44,434 nt of DNA, from assembly GCA_964355495.1 (NCBI GenBank), contig CAYHES010000004.1, forward strand, positions 1 to 44,434, given 5' to 3'. The position numbers and the translations under genes were made by a program. Position 1 is the first letter of the stretch, and every line of letters begins with the position of its first letter. Shown here in pieces: positions 25,852-35,071 of this stretch. The stretch is from an uncultured Acidiferrobacterales bacterium (GTDB taxonomy: Bacteria; Pseudomonadota; Gammaproteobacteria; Acidiferrobacterales; UBA6901). The notes beneath the pieces were generated by a model, which was not told the DNA's origin, made no database searches, and worked only from the letters and a program-made list of their open reading frames with translations.

Positions 25852-27231
25852 TTGTCTTTTGAAAACCTGAAGCTCGACGAAAAACTGCTGCGCGCCATCG
25901 AGGCCTGTCATTACAAGACACCCACCGCCATCCAGATCGAGGCCATCCCGGTGGCGCTCGCGGGCCGCGACCTGATGGCCTCGGCCCAGACCGGTACCGG
26001 CAAGACGGCGGCCTTTGTGCTGCCGGCCCTGCAGAAACTGCTGACGCCTTCCACCGTAAAGGGCCGCGGCCCGCGCGTGCTGGTGCTGACCCCGACCCGC
26101 GAGCTCGCCATGCAGGTGAGCGACAACATCAAGCAATTCGGCAGCCATTGCAAGGTGACCTCCGGCAGCATCGTCGGCGGCATGAGCTACGGCCCGCAGC
26201 TCAACCTGCTGGGACGGCCGCTCGACCTGCTGGTCGCGACCCCCGGCCGGTTGATGGATCACATGGAACGCGGGCGCGTGGATTTCTCGCGCCTTGAGAT
26301 CCTGATTCTGGATGAAGCCGATCGCATGCTGGACATGGGCTTTGTCGATGCCGTGCGCGACATCGCCAAGGCCACGCCGGCGAACCGCCAGACGCTGTTG
26401 TTCTCCGCCACGCTCGAAGGCAAGGTGCTGGAGATCGCGCGCCAACTGCTCAAGAACCCGGCGCGCATCCAGCTCGCCGACAACAAGGAACAGCATGCGT
26501 CCATCACCCAACAGGTGCACCAGGCGGATGACCATGCACACAAGCATGCCATGCTGTCGCACCTGCTGAAGAACGACGCGCTCTACCAGGCTGTGATTTT
26601 CACCGCCACCAAGCGCGGCGCCGACAAGCTGGCCGAGACCCTGACCGCGAAGGGCCATTCCAGTGCCGCCCTGCACGGCGACATGAACCAGGGCCAGCGC
26701 AAGCGCACCATCGACCGCATGCGCCGCGGCGAGCATCGCCTGCTGGTGGCGACCGACGTCGCGGCCCGCGGCCTCGACATCGCCGGCATCAGTCATGTGA
26801 TCAACTTCGATCTGCCGATGGTGCCGGAAGACTATATCCATCGCATCGGTCGTACCGGCCGCGCTGGCGCCACCGGCATTGCCATCTCGTTCGTGGGTCC
26901 GGAAGACCGCCACAAGATTGCCGGCATCGAACGCATCATCGGTCGTCGTTTGCAGCGCGAAACCATTCCGGGTCTTGAGCCCAAGCGCGCCATGGCCGGC
27001 GCCGGTCGCGGACGCCCCACGGACTCGCGTCCGCAGGCGCGCAAGCCGTCGTATTCGCCGCGTGGCGGTGCGGGTCGTCAGGATTTCGGTAAGGGCGCGG
27101 CCCACAAGCCGCGTGCGGCGTCGGGCTTCCGTGACAGCCGGCCGGATGGCCGTCCGACCGGTGGTGACAAGCCGGTAAACCCCGCCGGCAAGCGCGGTCG
27201 TAACGCGCGTCTGGCGACGGCGCTCGGTTAA
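25852..27231 (+). CDS. rhlE: ATP-dependent DEAD-box RNA helicase RhlE
   Basis: Q-motif region, AQTGTGKT, DEAD, SAT and HRIGRTGRAG, with an Arg/Gly/Pro-rich basic tail. It appears to use a TTG start preceded by aagagga. Confidence 0.9.
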   Translation: MSFENLKLDEKLLRAIEACHYKTPTAIQIEAIPVALAGRDLMASAQTGTGKTAAFVLPALQKLLTPSTVKGRGPRVLVLTPTRELAMQVSDNIKQFGSHCKVTSGSIVGGMSYGPQLNLLGRPLDLLVATPGRLMDHMERGRVDFSRLEILILDEADRMLDMGFVDAVRDIAKATPANRQTLLFSATLEGKVLEIARQLLKNPARIQLADNKEQHASITQQVHQADDHAHKHAMLSHLLKNDALYQAVIFTATKRGADKLAETLTAKGHSSAALHGDMNQGQRKRTIDRMRRGEHRLLVATDVAARGLDIAGISHVINFDLPMVPEDYIHRIGRTGRAGATGIAISFVGPEDRHKIAGIERIIGRRLQRETIPGLEPKRAMAGAGRGRPTDSRPQARKPSYSPRGGAGRQDFGKGAAHKPRAASGFRDSRPDGRPTGGDKPVNPAGKRGRNARLATALG

Positions 27232-27297
27232 GGTCATCCGCGCCAACCGTGGCGCCTGACAACCGCTTCGAATAATGAGTCAATGCACCTGCCTCAC

Positions 27298-27330
27298 AGG
27301 CTTGTGAGGCAGGTTTTTTTGGACTGGAGT
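27298..27330 (+). terminator. rho-independent terminator of rhlE
   Basis: cctgcctcaca-ggct-tgtgaggcagg followed by seven T. Confidence 0.85.
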
Positions 27331-27420
27331 TAGGACTTTGAATTGTGCCCGCTCACAAAGGCGTGCAGCACTCGAAGCTTGCCCCGGCATGTTTTAAGCC
27401 GGGGCGGTGCTCAGGAATCA

Positions 27421-27592
27421 AAATCAATGGTTTCAGAGACATCCTGGATTCCGGCTTTCGCCGGAATGACGAAGCCCGATGTTTCGGTGCATTTTTCAAC
27501 AGCTCTGTTAGAGCATGACATGGTGTTGGTCCTTGTTGGGCGGAAAAACTGCTCCTGCGTTTTCCGCACTTCCGCCATCCATGGCGGTCGCC
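27421..27592. repeat. composite repeat: module B (27421-27513, attccggctttcgccggaat core) plus inverted module A (27542-27592)
   Basis: Module B is close to 33674-33766. Module A is the reverse complement of 33611-33660 and 7492-7540. Confidence 0.8.
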
Positions 27593-27897
27593 GTGCCGGG
27601 GATTTTCGCCGTGCCACGCTGCAAAATCTTCAATTGTGGGAAACAGTTAAAGACTAATATTAGGGACATCCCGCATGACCGGCACGGTCCGTTCCATAGC
27701 TGCGTTACCCCCCACGGTCTCTGGAGGGGGATAAAAATCCGTTCGCATTTTTACCAAACTTGTGTAAGCTAAATCCGTTGCAGCGTACTTCTGCCCGTAC
27801 TTCCGGAAGTTTTCCAGTCACTTCGGCAGTTACTCCCGCAGGCACGTTCCAGGAAACACTCTGCAGCACTTTTATTAACTATTTCAGAGGTGATTCC

Positions 27898-28101
27898 GTG
27901 ATTACAGGAACGGTCAAGTGGTTCAACGATGCCAAGGGCTTCGGCTTCATTACCCCGGACGACGGCAGCAAGGATGTATTCGTACATCACTCCGCCATTC
28001 AGGGTAGCGGCTTCAAGTCGCTGGCCGAAGGTCAGAAGGTAAAGTTTGAATTGACGCAGGGCCCGAAGGGTCCGTCGGCTGCCAACGTCACGCCGGCGTA
28101 A
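27898..28101 (+). CDS. cspA: cold-shock protein CspA family
   Basis: [19 protein letters not shown]...[11 protein letters not shown] motifs. GTG start preceded by agagg. A long AT-richer leader is typical of csp genes. Confidence 0.9.
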   Translation: MITGTVKWFNDAKGFGFITPDDGSKDVFVHHSAIQGSGFKSLAEGQKVKFELTQGPKGPSAANVTPA

Positions 28102-28130
28102 ACTGCTCCTGCATCGCAGGTTTCAGTCGA

Positions 28131-28157
28131 AACCCCGCCGATCGGCGGGGTTTTTTT
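28131..28157 (+). terminator. rho-independent terminator of cspA
   Basis: ccccgcc-gatc-ggcgggg followed by seven T. Confidence 0.85.
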
Positions 28158-28169
28158 ATCACTCGACTT

Positions 28170-28505
28170 TTACGAACCGGTAACGTCGGCTGGTTTGGGG
28201 GCGTTTGCCGGCTTGCGACCGCGCGGCGACCACAGCGACTGCTTGCCGAAGCCGCGCGCGTTGATCTGTTCGGCGCAGTGCGCGGCGTGTGCGGTCACAT
28301 CCTTGAGCGAGCCGCAGCGCTGGCCGGTGATGGTCGATTTGCCGTTATCCAGCACGTAGCGATACCAGCCAGTCCCGTCGCTGCCGTCCGGGGCAGCGGT
28401 CTTTTCGACGCGCGCGACCTTGAAAGGTCGCGCTTGATGCGATGCCCGTTCCAGGATGCTCCCGGGGGTACTGGTAGGTCGTTCGATATCAGTCATGTGT
28501 ACCAA
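28170..28505 (-). CDS. hypothetical small protein (108-111 aa)
   Basis: High GC3 in this frame. It lies 48 nt downstream of the RRM gene on the same strand and I recognise no motif. The conserved-looking core is GWYRYVLDNGKSTITGQRCGSLKDVTAHAAHCAEQIN. Confidence 0.55.
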   Translation of the reverse strand: MVHMTDIERPTSTPGSILERASHQARPFKVARVEKTAAPDGSDGTGWYRYVLDNGKSTITGQRCGSLKDVTAHAAHCAEQINARGFGKQSLWSPRGRKPANAPKPADVTGS

Positions 28506-28553
28506 TCGTCATTGAAACGTAAATAAATAGAGTGGTTGCAGGTCAGGCGGCGC

Positions 28554-28829
28554 TTAACGCCGTCCGCGGCCGCCGGACCCGGCCTTGTCGCGCGGCTTTT
28601 CCTCGTTCACCTTGATCTGTTTGCCCATGAATTCCTTGCCATTGAGGGCGGCGATCGCGGCGCGCGCCTCGTGGCCTTCCATCTCGACGAAACCGAAGCC
28701 GCGGCACTGGCCGCTGAAGACGTCGGCGGCCAGGCGGATGGAGCGCACCTTGCCGTGTTGCGAGAAAAGCGCCTGAATATCCGCTTCGCGGGTGTCCGGG
28801 GAGAGATTGCCGACGTACATCTTGAGCAT
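28554..28829 (-). CDS. RRM-type RNA-binding protein
   Basis: MYVGNLS (RNP2) and RGFGFVEM (RNP1), with a Gly/Arg tail. ATG 28829 is preceded by gagg. The ORF-track extension to 29144 is not supported. Confidence 0.9.
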   Translation of the reverse strand: MLKMYVGNLSPDTREADIQALFSQHGKVRSIRLAADVFSGQCRGFGFVEMEGHEARAAIAALNGKEFMGKQIKVNEEKPRDKAGSGGRGRR

Positions 28830-29128
28830 GTGAAACCTCGTATCGGTATGACGTCCGGCGCTGCGGCCAAGCAGTGCGCGGAATCGTGCAGGGCGGCGAA
28901 TGCCGTTCACTTCACCCAAACTGCGGTGGAAAGGCCGGGTGGGCGGTGGAACAGTACTGCCGCGCGTGGTTTGAGGGGTCGGTGGCGCGGGAGGGGCGGC
29001 GTAAGCCCATACAATCCGCCACTCACTTGTGCAATATACCACAATTTGCCCGCCTTGGCCTAATGCGGGTGCTCCGGACCGGTTTTTGCCGGCTTCTTTG
29101 CCGATTGCCAGCCCGGCGCGCGGCGGGC

Positions 29129-29734
29129 ATGATCGCAGCCGCAATCAAGGGAGACAGCGTGGCCAATCCGACAGAAATCTACGTCAGTACCGATATCGAG
29201 GCGGATGGTCCGATTCCCGGGGCACATTCGATGTTGAGCCTGGCCTCGGCCGCCTACCGCGCGGACAAAACCGTGGTTTCGACCTTCACCATCAATCTCG
29301 AAACTCTCCCGGGAGCGCTTCCCGACGCGCGTACCATGGCCTGGTGGCAGGGCTTTCCCGAGGCGTGGGCGGCCTGTCGCCGCGACACCCGCCCGCCGGA
29401 AGCGGCCATGCGCGAGTACGCCGAATGGCTCAAGACCCTGCCCGGGCGGCTGGTGTTCCTCGGCTTTCCCGCCTCCTGGGATTTCATGTGGGTGTACTGG
29501 TACCTGGTGCGCTTCACCGGCGAACGGCCGTTCCGCGAGCATGCGATCGACGTGCGCTCCTACGCCATGGGCATGCGCAAGACCAGCTTCCAGGAGACCA
29601 CGCGCACCTATCTGCCGAAGCGCTGGTTCGACGCCAGCCTGCCGCATACGCACGTGGCGCTGGACGATGCATTGGAACAGGGCGCGATGTTCTGCAACAT
29701 GCTGGCCGAGAACCGCCGGCCGTCCGAGAAATAA
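29129..29734 (+). CDS. DEDDh-type 3'-5' exonuclease-fold protein
   Basis: [14 protein letters not shown] (Exo I D-x-E) and [13 protein letters not shown] (Exo III H-x4-D). ATG 29129 is preferred. Confidence 0.7.
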   Translation: MIAAAIKGDSVANPTEIYVSTDIEADGPIPGAHSMLSLASAAYRADKTVVSTFTINLETLPGALPDARTMAWWQGFPEAWAACRRDTRPPEAAMREYAEWLKTLPGRLVFLGFPASWDFMWVYWYLVRFTGERPFREHAIDVRSYAMGMRKTSFQETTRTYLPKRWFDASLPHTHVALDDALEQGAMFCNMLAENRRPSEK

Positions 29735-29740
29735 TCACCC

Positions 29741-30103
29741 ATGGTCCAGGGCTATCGTCTCGATCCGGACGGCAAGGTTGCCGACGAGCGCTTCGCCGTC
29801 GTGTATGCACCGAAACGCGCCCGCGACCGGGTACCGGAGGGCAACGTGCAAGTGGTTGAGACGGAAGCCGCCGCGCTTGCCGCCGCCGATCCCGTGAAAA
29901 AACTTTTTCCCGCGCGCGTCATCGGCCCGGCGCGCTCCTCGACCGCTTGTTCCCGGCAACTGCTCCCTGCGTTGCTCTACCTCCCCACATCCCTGTGGGT
30001 CGCCGACGCGGTCTACCTCGTCCATCCATGGACTCGTCCGAAGGGGTTTCTGTCTACTACATTGTCTGCTGGCTGGATGGTGGGCCGGATTAACGCGAAA
30101 TGA
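29741..30103 (+). CDS. hypothetical protein
   Basis: GC3 is high in the first ~60 codons. The stop overlaps the ybgA-like start (ATGA). The C-terminal half is compositionally odd and I recognise no motif. Confidence 0.4.
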   Translation: MVQGYRLDPDGKVADERFAVVYAPKRARDRVPEGNVQVVETEAAALAAADPVKKLFPARVIGPARSSTACSRQLLPALLYLPTSLWVADAVYLVHPWTRPKGFLSTTLSAGWMVGRINAK

Positions 30104-31047
30104 GCGCGCGCATCCGCATCGGCATTTCGAGCTGCTTGCTTGGGCAGGCGGTGCGCTACGACGGCGGCCACAAGCACAACGGCTACATCACCGAGTCGCT
30201 CGGCCAGTTCTTCGACTTCGTGCCGTATTGCCCGGAGGTGGCGATTGGCCTCGGCGTGCCGCGCCCGCCGATTCGCCTGGTGAAAAGCGCGCACGGCCCG
30301 CGCGCCCGCGGCGTTAAAGACGCGACGCTGGATGTCACCGGCAAGCTCGTGGCCTATGCCAATAAAGTCGCCCTGACGCTGCGCGACCTGAGTGGCTACA
30401 TCCTCAAGCAAGGTTCGCCGAGTTGCGGCATGGAACGCGTGAACGTGTACGGCCCGCACGGCAGGTCGGTTGCCACCGGCGCCGGCCTTTACGCCGGCAC
30501 GCTGATGGCCCAGTTGCCGGAGTTGCCGTTCGAGGAAGAGGGCCGGCTCATGGACCCGGCGTTGCGCGAGAATTTCGTGGAACGCGTGTTCGTCTACCAT
30601 CGCTGGCAGCAGCTCACGACGCCGCGCCTGACGGCCAGGGCGCTGGTCGAGTTCCACGCGCGCCACAAGTTCATCGTGCTGGCGCACGACGAAAAGCGCT
30701 ACCGCGAACTCGGCCGCCTGGTGGCCACGGCCGGTCGCCGCGGCATGGCCGGGCTTGGGCGCACCTATATCCAGTTGCTGATGCAGGCCTTGAAGAAACC
30801 GGCCACGCGCACCCGCCACGCCAACGTGCTGCAGCACCTGTTCGGTTTTCTCAAACAGAACCTGGACGCCGCCGACAAGCGCGAACTGCTCGAATCGATC
30901 AACACCTACCGCCGCGGCCGGCTGCCGCGGGTGGTGCCCATCACCCTGCTGCGCCATTACCTGCGACGCTTTCCTGCACCGTACCTGAGTGAGCAGTACT
31001 ACCTTGCCCCGCACCCCGGCGAGCTCTTGTTGCGCAACCAGGTTTAA
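30100..31047 (+). CDS. ybgA: YbgA-family protein (DUF523 + DUF1722)
   Basis: IGISSCLLGQAVRYDGGHK...SPSCG (DUF523), then FHARHKFIVLAHD...LQHLFGFLK (DUF1722). Confidence 0.85.
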   Translation: MSARIRIGISSCLLGQAVRYDGGHKHNGYITESLGQFFDFVPYCPEVAIGLGVPRPPIRLVKSAHGPRARGVKDATLDVTGKLVAYANKVALTLRDLSGYILKQGSPSCGMERVNVYGPHGRSVATGAGLYAGTLMAQLPELPFEEEGRLMDPALRENFVERVFVYHRWQQLTTPRLTARALVEFHARHKFIVLAHDEKRYRELGRLVATAGRRGMAGLGRTYIQLLMQALKKPATRTRHANVLQHLFGFLKQNLDAADKRELLESINTYRRGRLPRVVPITLLRHYLRRFPAPYLSEQYYLAPHPGELLLRNQV

Positions 31048-31298
31048 CCTGCATCGGTTCGCGCGGCATGACTTGGCTGGCGCCGAAATATTTTCGGCAG
31101 GCCTGTAAGCAACCTTGAGGTTATCCGATCTACTCCTTGCCGGCAGTCTGGCGATTGTCGGCAACCGCGGCGAGCCCCTGGACGCGCTGGAACGCCGGCT
31201 GCGCGTGCAATTTCGTGGCAAGGATGTGTAAGTTCCCTGGCGGGGCGCCGACCAACGTCCAGATGCACCGAACTTAAACAACCTGAACGAGGAAACCC

Positions 31299-31586
31299 AT
31301 GCACAACACACGTTATGTGATTACCGCCGCTATCGCCGCGCTCACCAGCGGGGGCATGCTGGCCGCTGCCACCGCGCAGGCCGCCGGCACCGTGGTGTGC
31401 GCCGAACAGGAACGCTGTTACGGCATTGCCAGGGCCGGTAAGAACGACTGTGCCACATCGAGTTCGGTCTGTTCGGGCAGCGCCAAGCAGGATAACCAGA
31501 AGGATGCCTGGGTCTACGTCCCGAAAGGCATGTGCCTGAAAGTCGCCGGCGGCACGCTCGCTCTGCCGGATGCAAAAAAGAAGTAA
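31299..31586 (+). CDS. DUF2282 bufferin-type RiPP precursor, copy 1 (5 Cys)
   Basis: Sec signal peptide (AAATAQA-AG), then C..ERCYGIARAGKNDCATSSSVCSGSAK...DAWVYVPKGMC, the DUF2282 CYG...GKNDC...C.G pattern. RBS gagga. Confidence 0.85.
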   Translation: MHNTRYVITAAIAALTSGGMLAAATAQAAGTVVCAEQERCYGIARAGKNDCATSSSVCSGSAKQDNQKDAWVYVPKGMCLKVAGGTLALPDAKKK

Positions 31587-31691
31587 GCGACCGCGCAACG
31601 TGGTGATGCATGCCATGGAAGCGACGCGCGTCCCGGTCGCAGAAGGAATGCATCAACATCTAATTCTCAACCATAGCAAGGAGCCAACAAC

Positions 31692-31949
31692 ATGAAGCAT
31701 CGTAATGTCGTCATCACCACCGCCATCGGCAGCCTGTTCGCGCTCGGCTCACTTACCGCTGCCGCCGCCGACAAGGCACCGGTGGAAAAATGCTATGGCG
31801 TCGTCAAGGCCGGCAAGAACGACTGCCAGACCGCGAGCAGCGCCTGCGCCGGCACCGCGACCAAGGACGGACAGAAGGATGCCTGGATTTATCTCCCCCA
31901 GGGCAGCTGCGACAAGATCGTCGGCGCCTCGCTCAAGTCCGGCAAGTAA
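31692..31949 (+). CDS. DUF2282 bufferin-type RiPP precursor, copy 2 (4 Cys)
   Basis: Signal peptide (LTAAAA-DK), then EKCYGVVKAGKNDCQTASSACAGTATKDGQKDAWIYLPQGSC. RBS aaggag. Confidence 0.85.
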   Translation: MKHRNVVITTAIGSLFALGSLTAAAADKAPVEKCYGVVKAGKNDCQTASSACAGTATKDGQKDAWIYLPQGSCDKIVGASLKSGK

Positions 31950-31950
31950 T

Positions 31951-32823
31951 ATGGCGAGTGCCGCGCTCATCGGGCGTCCGCACGGGCCGATCCCGCCGCG
32001 CAGCGGGATCGGCCTGCGCGCCGAGCATTACCGCGACCTGCTGGAGCGGCGTCCGCCGCTGGCGTTTGTCGAAGTGCACAGCGAGAACTATTTCGGTGCC
32101 GGCGGGGCGCCGCACTATTTTCTCGAACAGGCGCGAGTGCACTATCCGCTCAGCCTGCATGGTGTCGGGCTGTCGCTTGGATCATCTGATCCACTCGATC
32201 GCGAACACCTGCGCCGGCTCAAGACGCTGATCCAGCGCTACGAACCGGCGCTGGTGTCCGACCATCTGAGCTGGAGTTCGGTCGGCGGCGTGTTTCTCAA
32301 CGACCTGTTGCCGCTGCCGTACACCGAGGAAACGCTGGCGCACTTCAGCACGCGCGTCGTGCAAGCGCAGGACTATCTCGGCCGCGAGCTGCTGATCGAA
32401 AACCCGTCGAGCTACCTGCAATACACCGAATCCGCGATCCCCGAGGGGGAATTCCTCGCCGCGGTGGCGCGCACCAGCGGCTGCGGCCTGCTACTGGATG
32501 TGAACAATATCTATGTCAGCAGCCAGAACCACGGCTTCGACGCGCACCGCTATCTCCAGGCGCTGCCGGCCGCGGCGGTGCGCGAGATCCATCTCGCCGG
32601 TTACACCGTCAACCGCTATCCCGAGGGCGAGATGCTGATCGACAGCCACAACGCGCTGGTCTCGGAGCCGGTGTGGGAGCTGTACGCGCACGCGCTACAC
32701 CTGCTCGGGCCGCGCCCGACGTTGATCGAGTGGGACAGCGATCTGCCGCCGCTCGATACCCTGCTCGGCCAGGCCGGACTGGCCGACGCCATACTGGCGC
32801 GCGAGACCGCCGATGCTGCGTGA
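31951..32823 (+). CDS. DUF692 / MNIO (multinuclear non-heme iron oxidative) enzyme, BufB/MbnB-like
   Basis: GIGLRAEHY...FVEVHSENYF...LSLHGVGLSLGS...VSDHLSW...LIENPSSY...LDVNNIY...EIHLAGY...LIDSH...LIEWD is the DUF692 TIM-barrel pattern. The start is 2 nt after the precursor stop. Confidence 0.85.
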   Translation: MASAALIGRPHGPIPPRSGIGLRAEHYRDLLERRPPLAFVEVHSENYFGAGGAPHYFLEQARVHYPLSLHGVGLSLGSSDPLDREHLRRLKTLIQRYEPALVSDHLSWSSVGGVFLNDLLPLPYTEETLAHFSTRVVQAQDYLGRELLIENPSSYLQYTESAIPEGEFLAAVARTSGCGLLLDVNNIYVSSQNHGFDAHRYLQALPAAAVREIHLAGYTVNRYPEGEMLIDSHNALVSEPVWELYAHALHLLGPRPTLIEWDSDLPPLDTLLGQAGLADAILARETADAA

Positions 32824-33577
32824 CCTGCAAGCCGAGTTTGCCGCCGCGCTGTTCGACGAGCGGCCGGAGATGGCCGCGCGTGTGCGCGCCGGCCGTTTCC
32901 CGGCCGCGCAGCACCTGCAGGTGTACCGCAACAACGTCGTCGAGAGCCTGACCGGCGCGCTGCGCGCGGTGTACCCGGTGGTCGAGAAACTGGTGGGCGA
33001 CGGCTTCTTCCGCTACGCCGTACACGAGTACCTGCGCGCGCACCGGCCGCGCAGCGGCAACCTGCATGATTTCGGCGATGCCTTCGCGGGTTTTCTCGCC
33101 GGCTTTGCGCCGGTCGCGGGATTGTCATACCTGCCGGATGTGGCGCGCCTCGAATGGGCCTGGCACCAGGCCTTCCATGCCGCCGACGCACCGGCCTTCG
33201 ATCTTGCGCGCCTTGGTGCGGTGCCGGCGGAACGGCATGAGACGCTGCGCTTCGTGCTGCACCCGAGCGCGCAGCTGCTGGCTTCGGTCTTCCCGGTCGT
33301 GCGCATTTTTGAAATCAACCAGGAAGGTTATGGCGGTGATACAAGCGTCGATCTCGCCGAGGGCGGCGTGCGTGCGCTCGTTATCCGGCGCGAATTGACG
33401 GTGTATGTCGAACCGCTCGCCGCCGGCGAAGCCGAGCTGTTGACCGCGCTCGCTGGACAACAACCGCTCGGTGCTGCCGTGTCGGCGGCGCTGGCCGTGC
33501 AACCGGAGTTCGATCTCACCGACACGCTCGCCGGGCATCTGCGGCGCGGCACCCTGGTGGACTGTCATGCGGACTAA
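32813..33577 (+). CDS. DUF2063 protein (BufC-like partner of the MNIO enzyme)
   Basis: LQAEFAAALFD...LQVYRNNVVESLTGALRAVYPVVEKLVGDGFF DUF2063 N-terminal signature. It overlaps the DUF692 stop by 11 nt. Confidence 0.8.
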   Translation: MLRDLQAEFAAALFDERPEMAARVRAGRFPAAQHLQVYRNNVVESLTGALRAVYPVVEKLVGDGFFRYAVHEYLRAHRPRSGNLHDFGDAFAGFLAGFAPVAGLSYLPDVARLEWAWHQAFHAADAPAFDLARLGAVPAERHETLRFVLHPSAQLLASVFPVVRIFEINQEGYGGDTSVDLAEGGVRALVIRRELTVYVEPLAAGEAELLTALAGQQPLGAAVSAALAVQPEFDLTDTLAGHLRRGTLVDCHAD

Positions 33578-33580
33578 CAG

Positions 33581-33768
33581 GTTGTTGAAAAAAGGGCTCG
33601 TCACACCGGCGCGACCGCCATGGATGGCGGAAGTACTGGAAACGCAGGAGCAGTTTCCGGTGCAAGCCGGTGTCCAGGAATTAAAATCAAGGGTTTCATC
33701 GACATCCTGGATTCCGGCTTTCGCCGGAATGACGAAGCTTGATGTTTCGTTGTGTTTTTCAACACCCT
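33581..33768. repeat. composite repeat element (module A 33611-33660 + module B 33674-33766) bounded by short inverted ends gttgttgaaaaa / tttttcaacac
   Basis: Same modules as at 27421-27592 but with opposite relative orientation. It occupies almost the whole DUF2063-DoxX spacer. Confidence 0.75.
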
Positions 33769-33794
33769 GCTAAACCATAACAACGGGAGGAACC

Positions 33795-34244
33795 ATGTCC
33801 TTACTGGCCAGACTCGATACTGTTTGCACACCGGTAGTGCGCGCCCTGGTGTGGCTGCAACCGGTGTTTGTGCTCGGTGTGCGTTTTTACGTCGCCAGCG
33901 TGTTCTTCAAATCCGGCCTCACCAAGATCGCCAGCATGGACACCACCATCCTGCTGTTCACGCACGAGTACCAGGTGCCGCTGCTCTCGCCCACGCTCGC
34001 GGCTTACCTCGGCACGGCCGCCGAGCTGGTCTTGCCGGTAATGCTGGCACTCGGTCTGGGCGGGCGCCTGGCCGCCGCTGCGCTATTCGTGTTCAACATT
34101 GTTGCGGTGATTTCCTACCCGGATCTTAACGAGGTCGGCGTCATGCAGCACCAGTACTGGGGCGTGCTGCTGCTGATACCGTTGCTCTATGGTCCGGGCA
34201 AGCTGTCGTTCGACTGCTTCATTAAACGCCGGCTGTCCAAGTAG
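33795..34244 (+). CDS. DoxX-family membrane protein
   Basis: Four TM segments, RFYVASVFFKSGLTK...AELVLPVMLALG DoxX pattern. RBS gggagg. Confidence 0.8.
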   Translation: MSLLARLDTVCTPVVRALVWLQPVFVLGVRFYVASVFFKSGLTKIASMDTTILLFTHEYQVPLLSPTLAAYLGTAAELVLPVMLALGLGGRLAAAALFVFNIVAVISYPDLNEVGVMQHQYWGVLLLIPLLYGPGKLSFDCFIKRRLSK

Positions 34245-34262
34245 GTACCGGTTTCCATTTTT

Positions 34263-34326
34263 GTAGGGTGCGCTTGCGCACCGTTGGCCTTGCCGAGCCG
34301 TGGATCGGTGCGCAAGCGCACCCTAC
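34263..34326. repeat. REP family 2 inverted pair
   Basis: gtagggtgcgcttgcgcaccg ... cggtgcgcaagcgcaccctac, the same family as 8787-8851. Confidence 0.85.
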
Positions 34327-34433
34327 TCAGAGGAGTTGCCGTTTTCCGCAGATTCCCATAAGAAACACAGGGCGTTGATGGCCGCGTTCCGGAACTTGGT
34401 GCAGACTGGGCACCCTCAGGTAAGGAGGGGGCC

Positions 34434-35069
34434 ATGTCCGGTTTCCTGAAAAAACAGCAAATGCCGGCGCCGCACGAGGCGCCACCCGGGCGCGCCGAGA
34501 AGCTGCGCGTGCCGGAAAAGCATTTCGTCAACGGCCATGCGCTCGCGCCGCCGTATCCGGATGGCCTGGAACTGGCGCTGTTCGGTCTTGGTTGTTTCTG
34601 GGGCGCGGAGAAATGTTTCTGGCAGCAGCCGGGCGTGTATGTGACCGCGGTGGGTTATGCCGGCGGCTACACGCCCAATCCGACTTATCAAGAGGTGTGC
34701 AGCGGCCGCACCGGGCACAACGAAGTGGTGCGCGTGGTGTTCGACCCGAAGCAGGTGAGCTACGCGCAACTGCTCAAGGCATTTTGGGAAGCGCACGACC
34801 CGACCCAGGGCATGCGCCAGGGAAACGATGTCGGTACCCAGTACCGCTCCGGCATCTATACCTATGGCGAGGCACAGCAACAGGCGGCGCGTGCTTCACT
34901 TGAACGCTATCAACAGGAACTGGCGCGTGCCGGTTTCCCACCGGTCACCACCGAGATCCGCGACGCGCCCGAGTTCTACTTCGCCGAGGATTATCACCAG
35001 CAGTATCTCGCCAAAAACCCGCGCGGCTATTGCGGCCACGGCGGCACCGGCGTTGCCAGCCCGGTGTAG
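34434..35069 (+). CDS. msrA: peptide-methionine (S)-S-oxide reductase
   Basis: [15 protein letters not shown]...[35 protein letters not shown] aaggaggggg. Confidence 0.92.
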   Translation: MSGFLKKQQMPAPHEAPPGRAEKLRVPEKHFVNGHALAPPYPDGLELALFGLGCFWGAEKCFWQQPGVYVTAVGYAGGYTPNPTYQEVCSGRTGHNEVVRVVFDPKQVSYAQLLKAFWEAHDPTQGMRQGNDVGTQYRSGIYTYGEAQQQAARASLERYQQELARAGFPPVTTEIRDAPEFYFAEDYHQQYLAKNPRGYCGHGGTGVASPV

Positions 35070-35071
35070 CG

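Noticed and set aside
28536-28560. SRP (4.5S) RNA-like caggtcagg string.
   Set aside because: Only a 9-nt coincidence at the 3' end of the RRM gene. The conserved GGAAGGAAGCAGCC domain IV context is absent.
30027-30092. 21-codon alternative-frame ORF (MDSSEGVSVYYIVCWLDGGPD) inside the odd C-terminal half of the 120-aa hypothetical gene. This could hint at a frameshift.
   Set aside because: It is too short, has no RBS and no recognisable similarity. I cannot distinguish it from chance without comparative data.
31188-31215. ECF-type promoter (GGAAC ... CGT) upstream of the first bufferin precursor.
   Set aside because: The spacer between GGAAC and the nearest suitable CGT is about 20 nt instead of 16-17, and there is no ECF sigma gene in the window.
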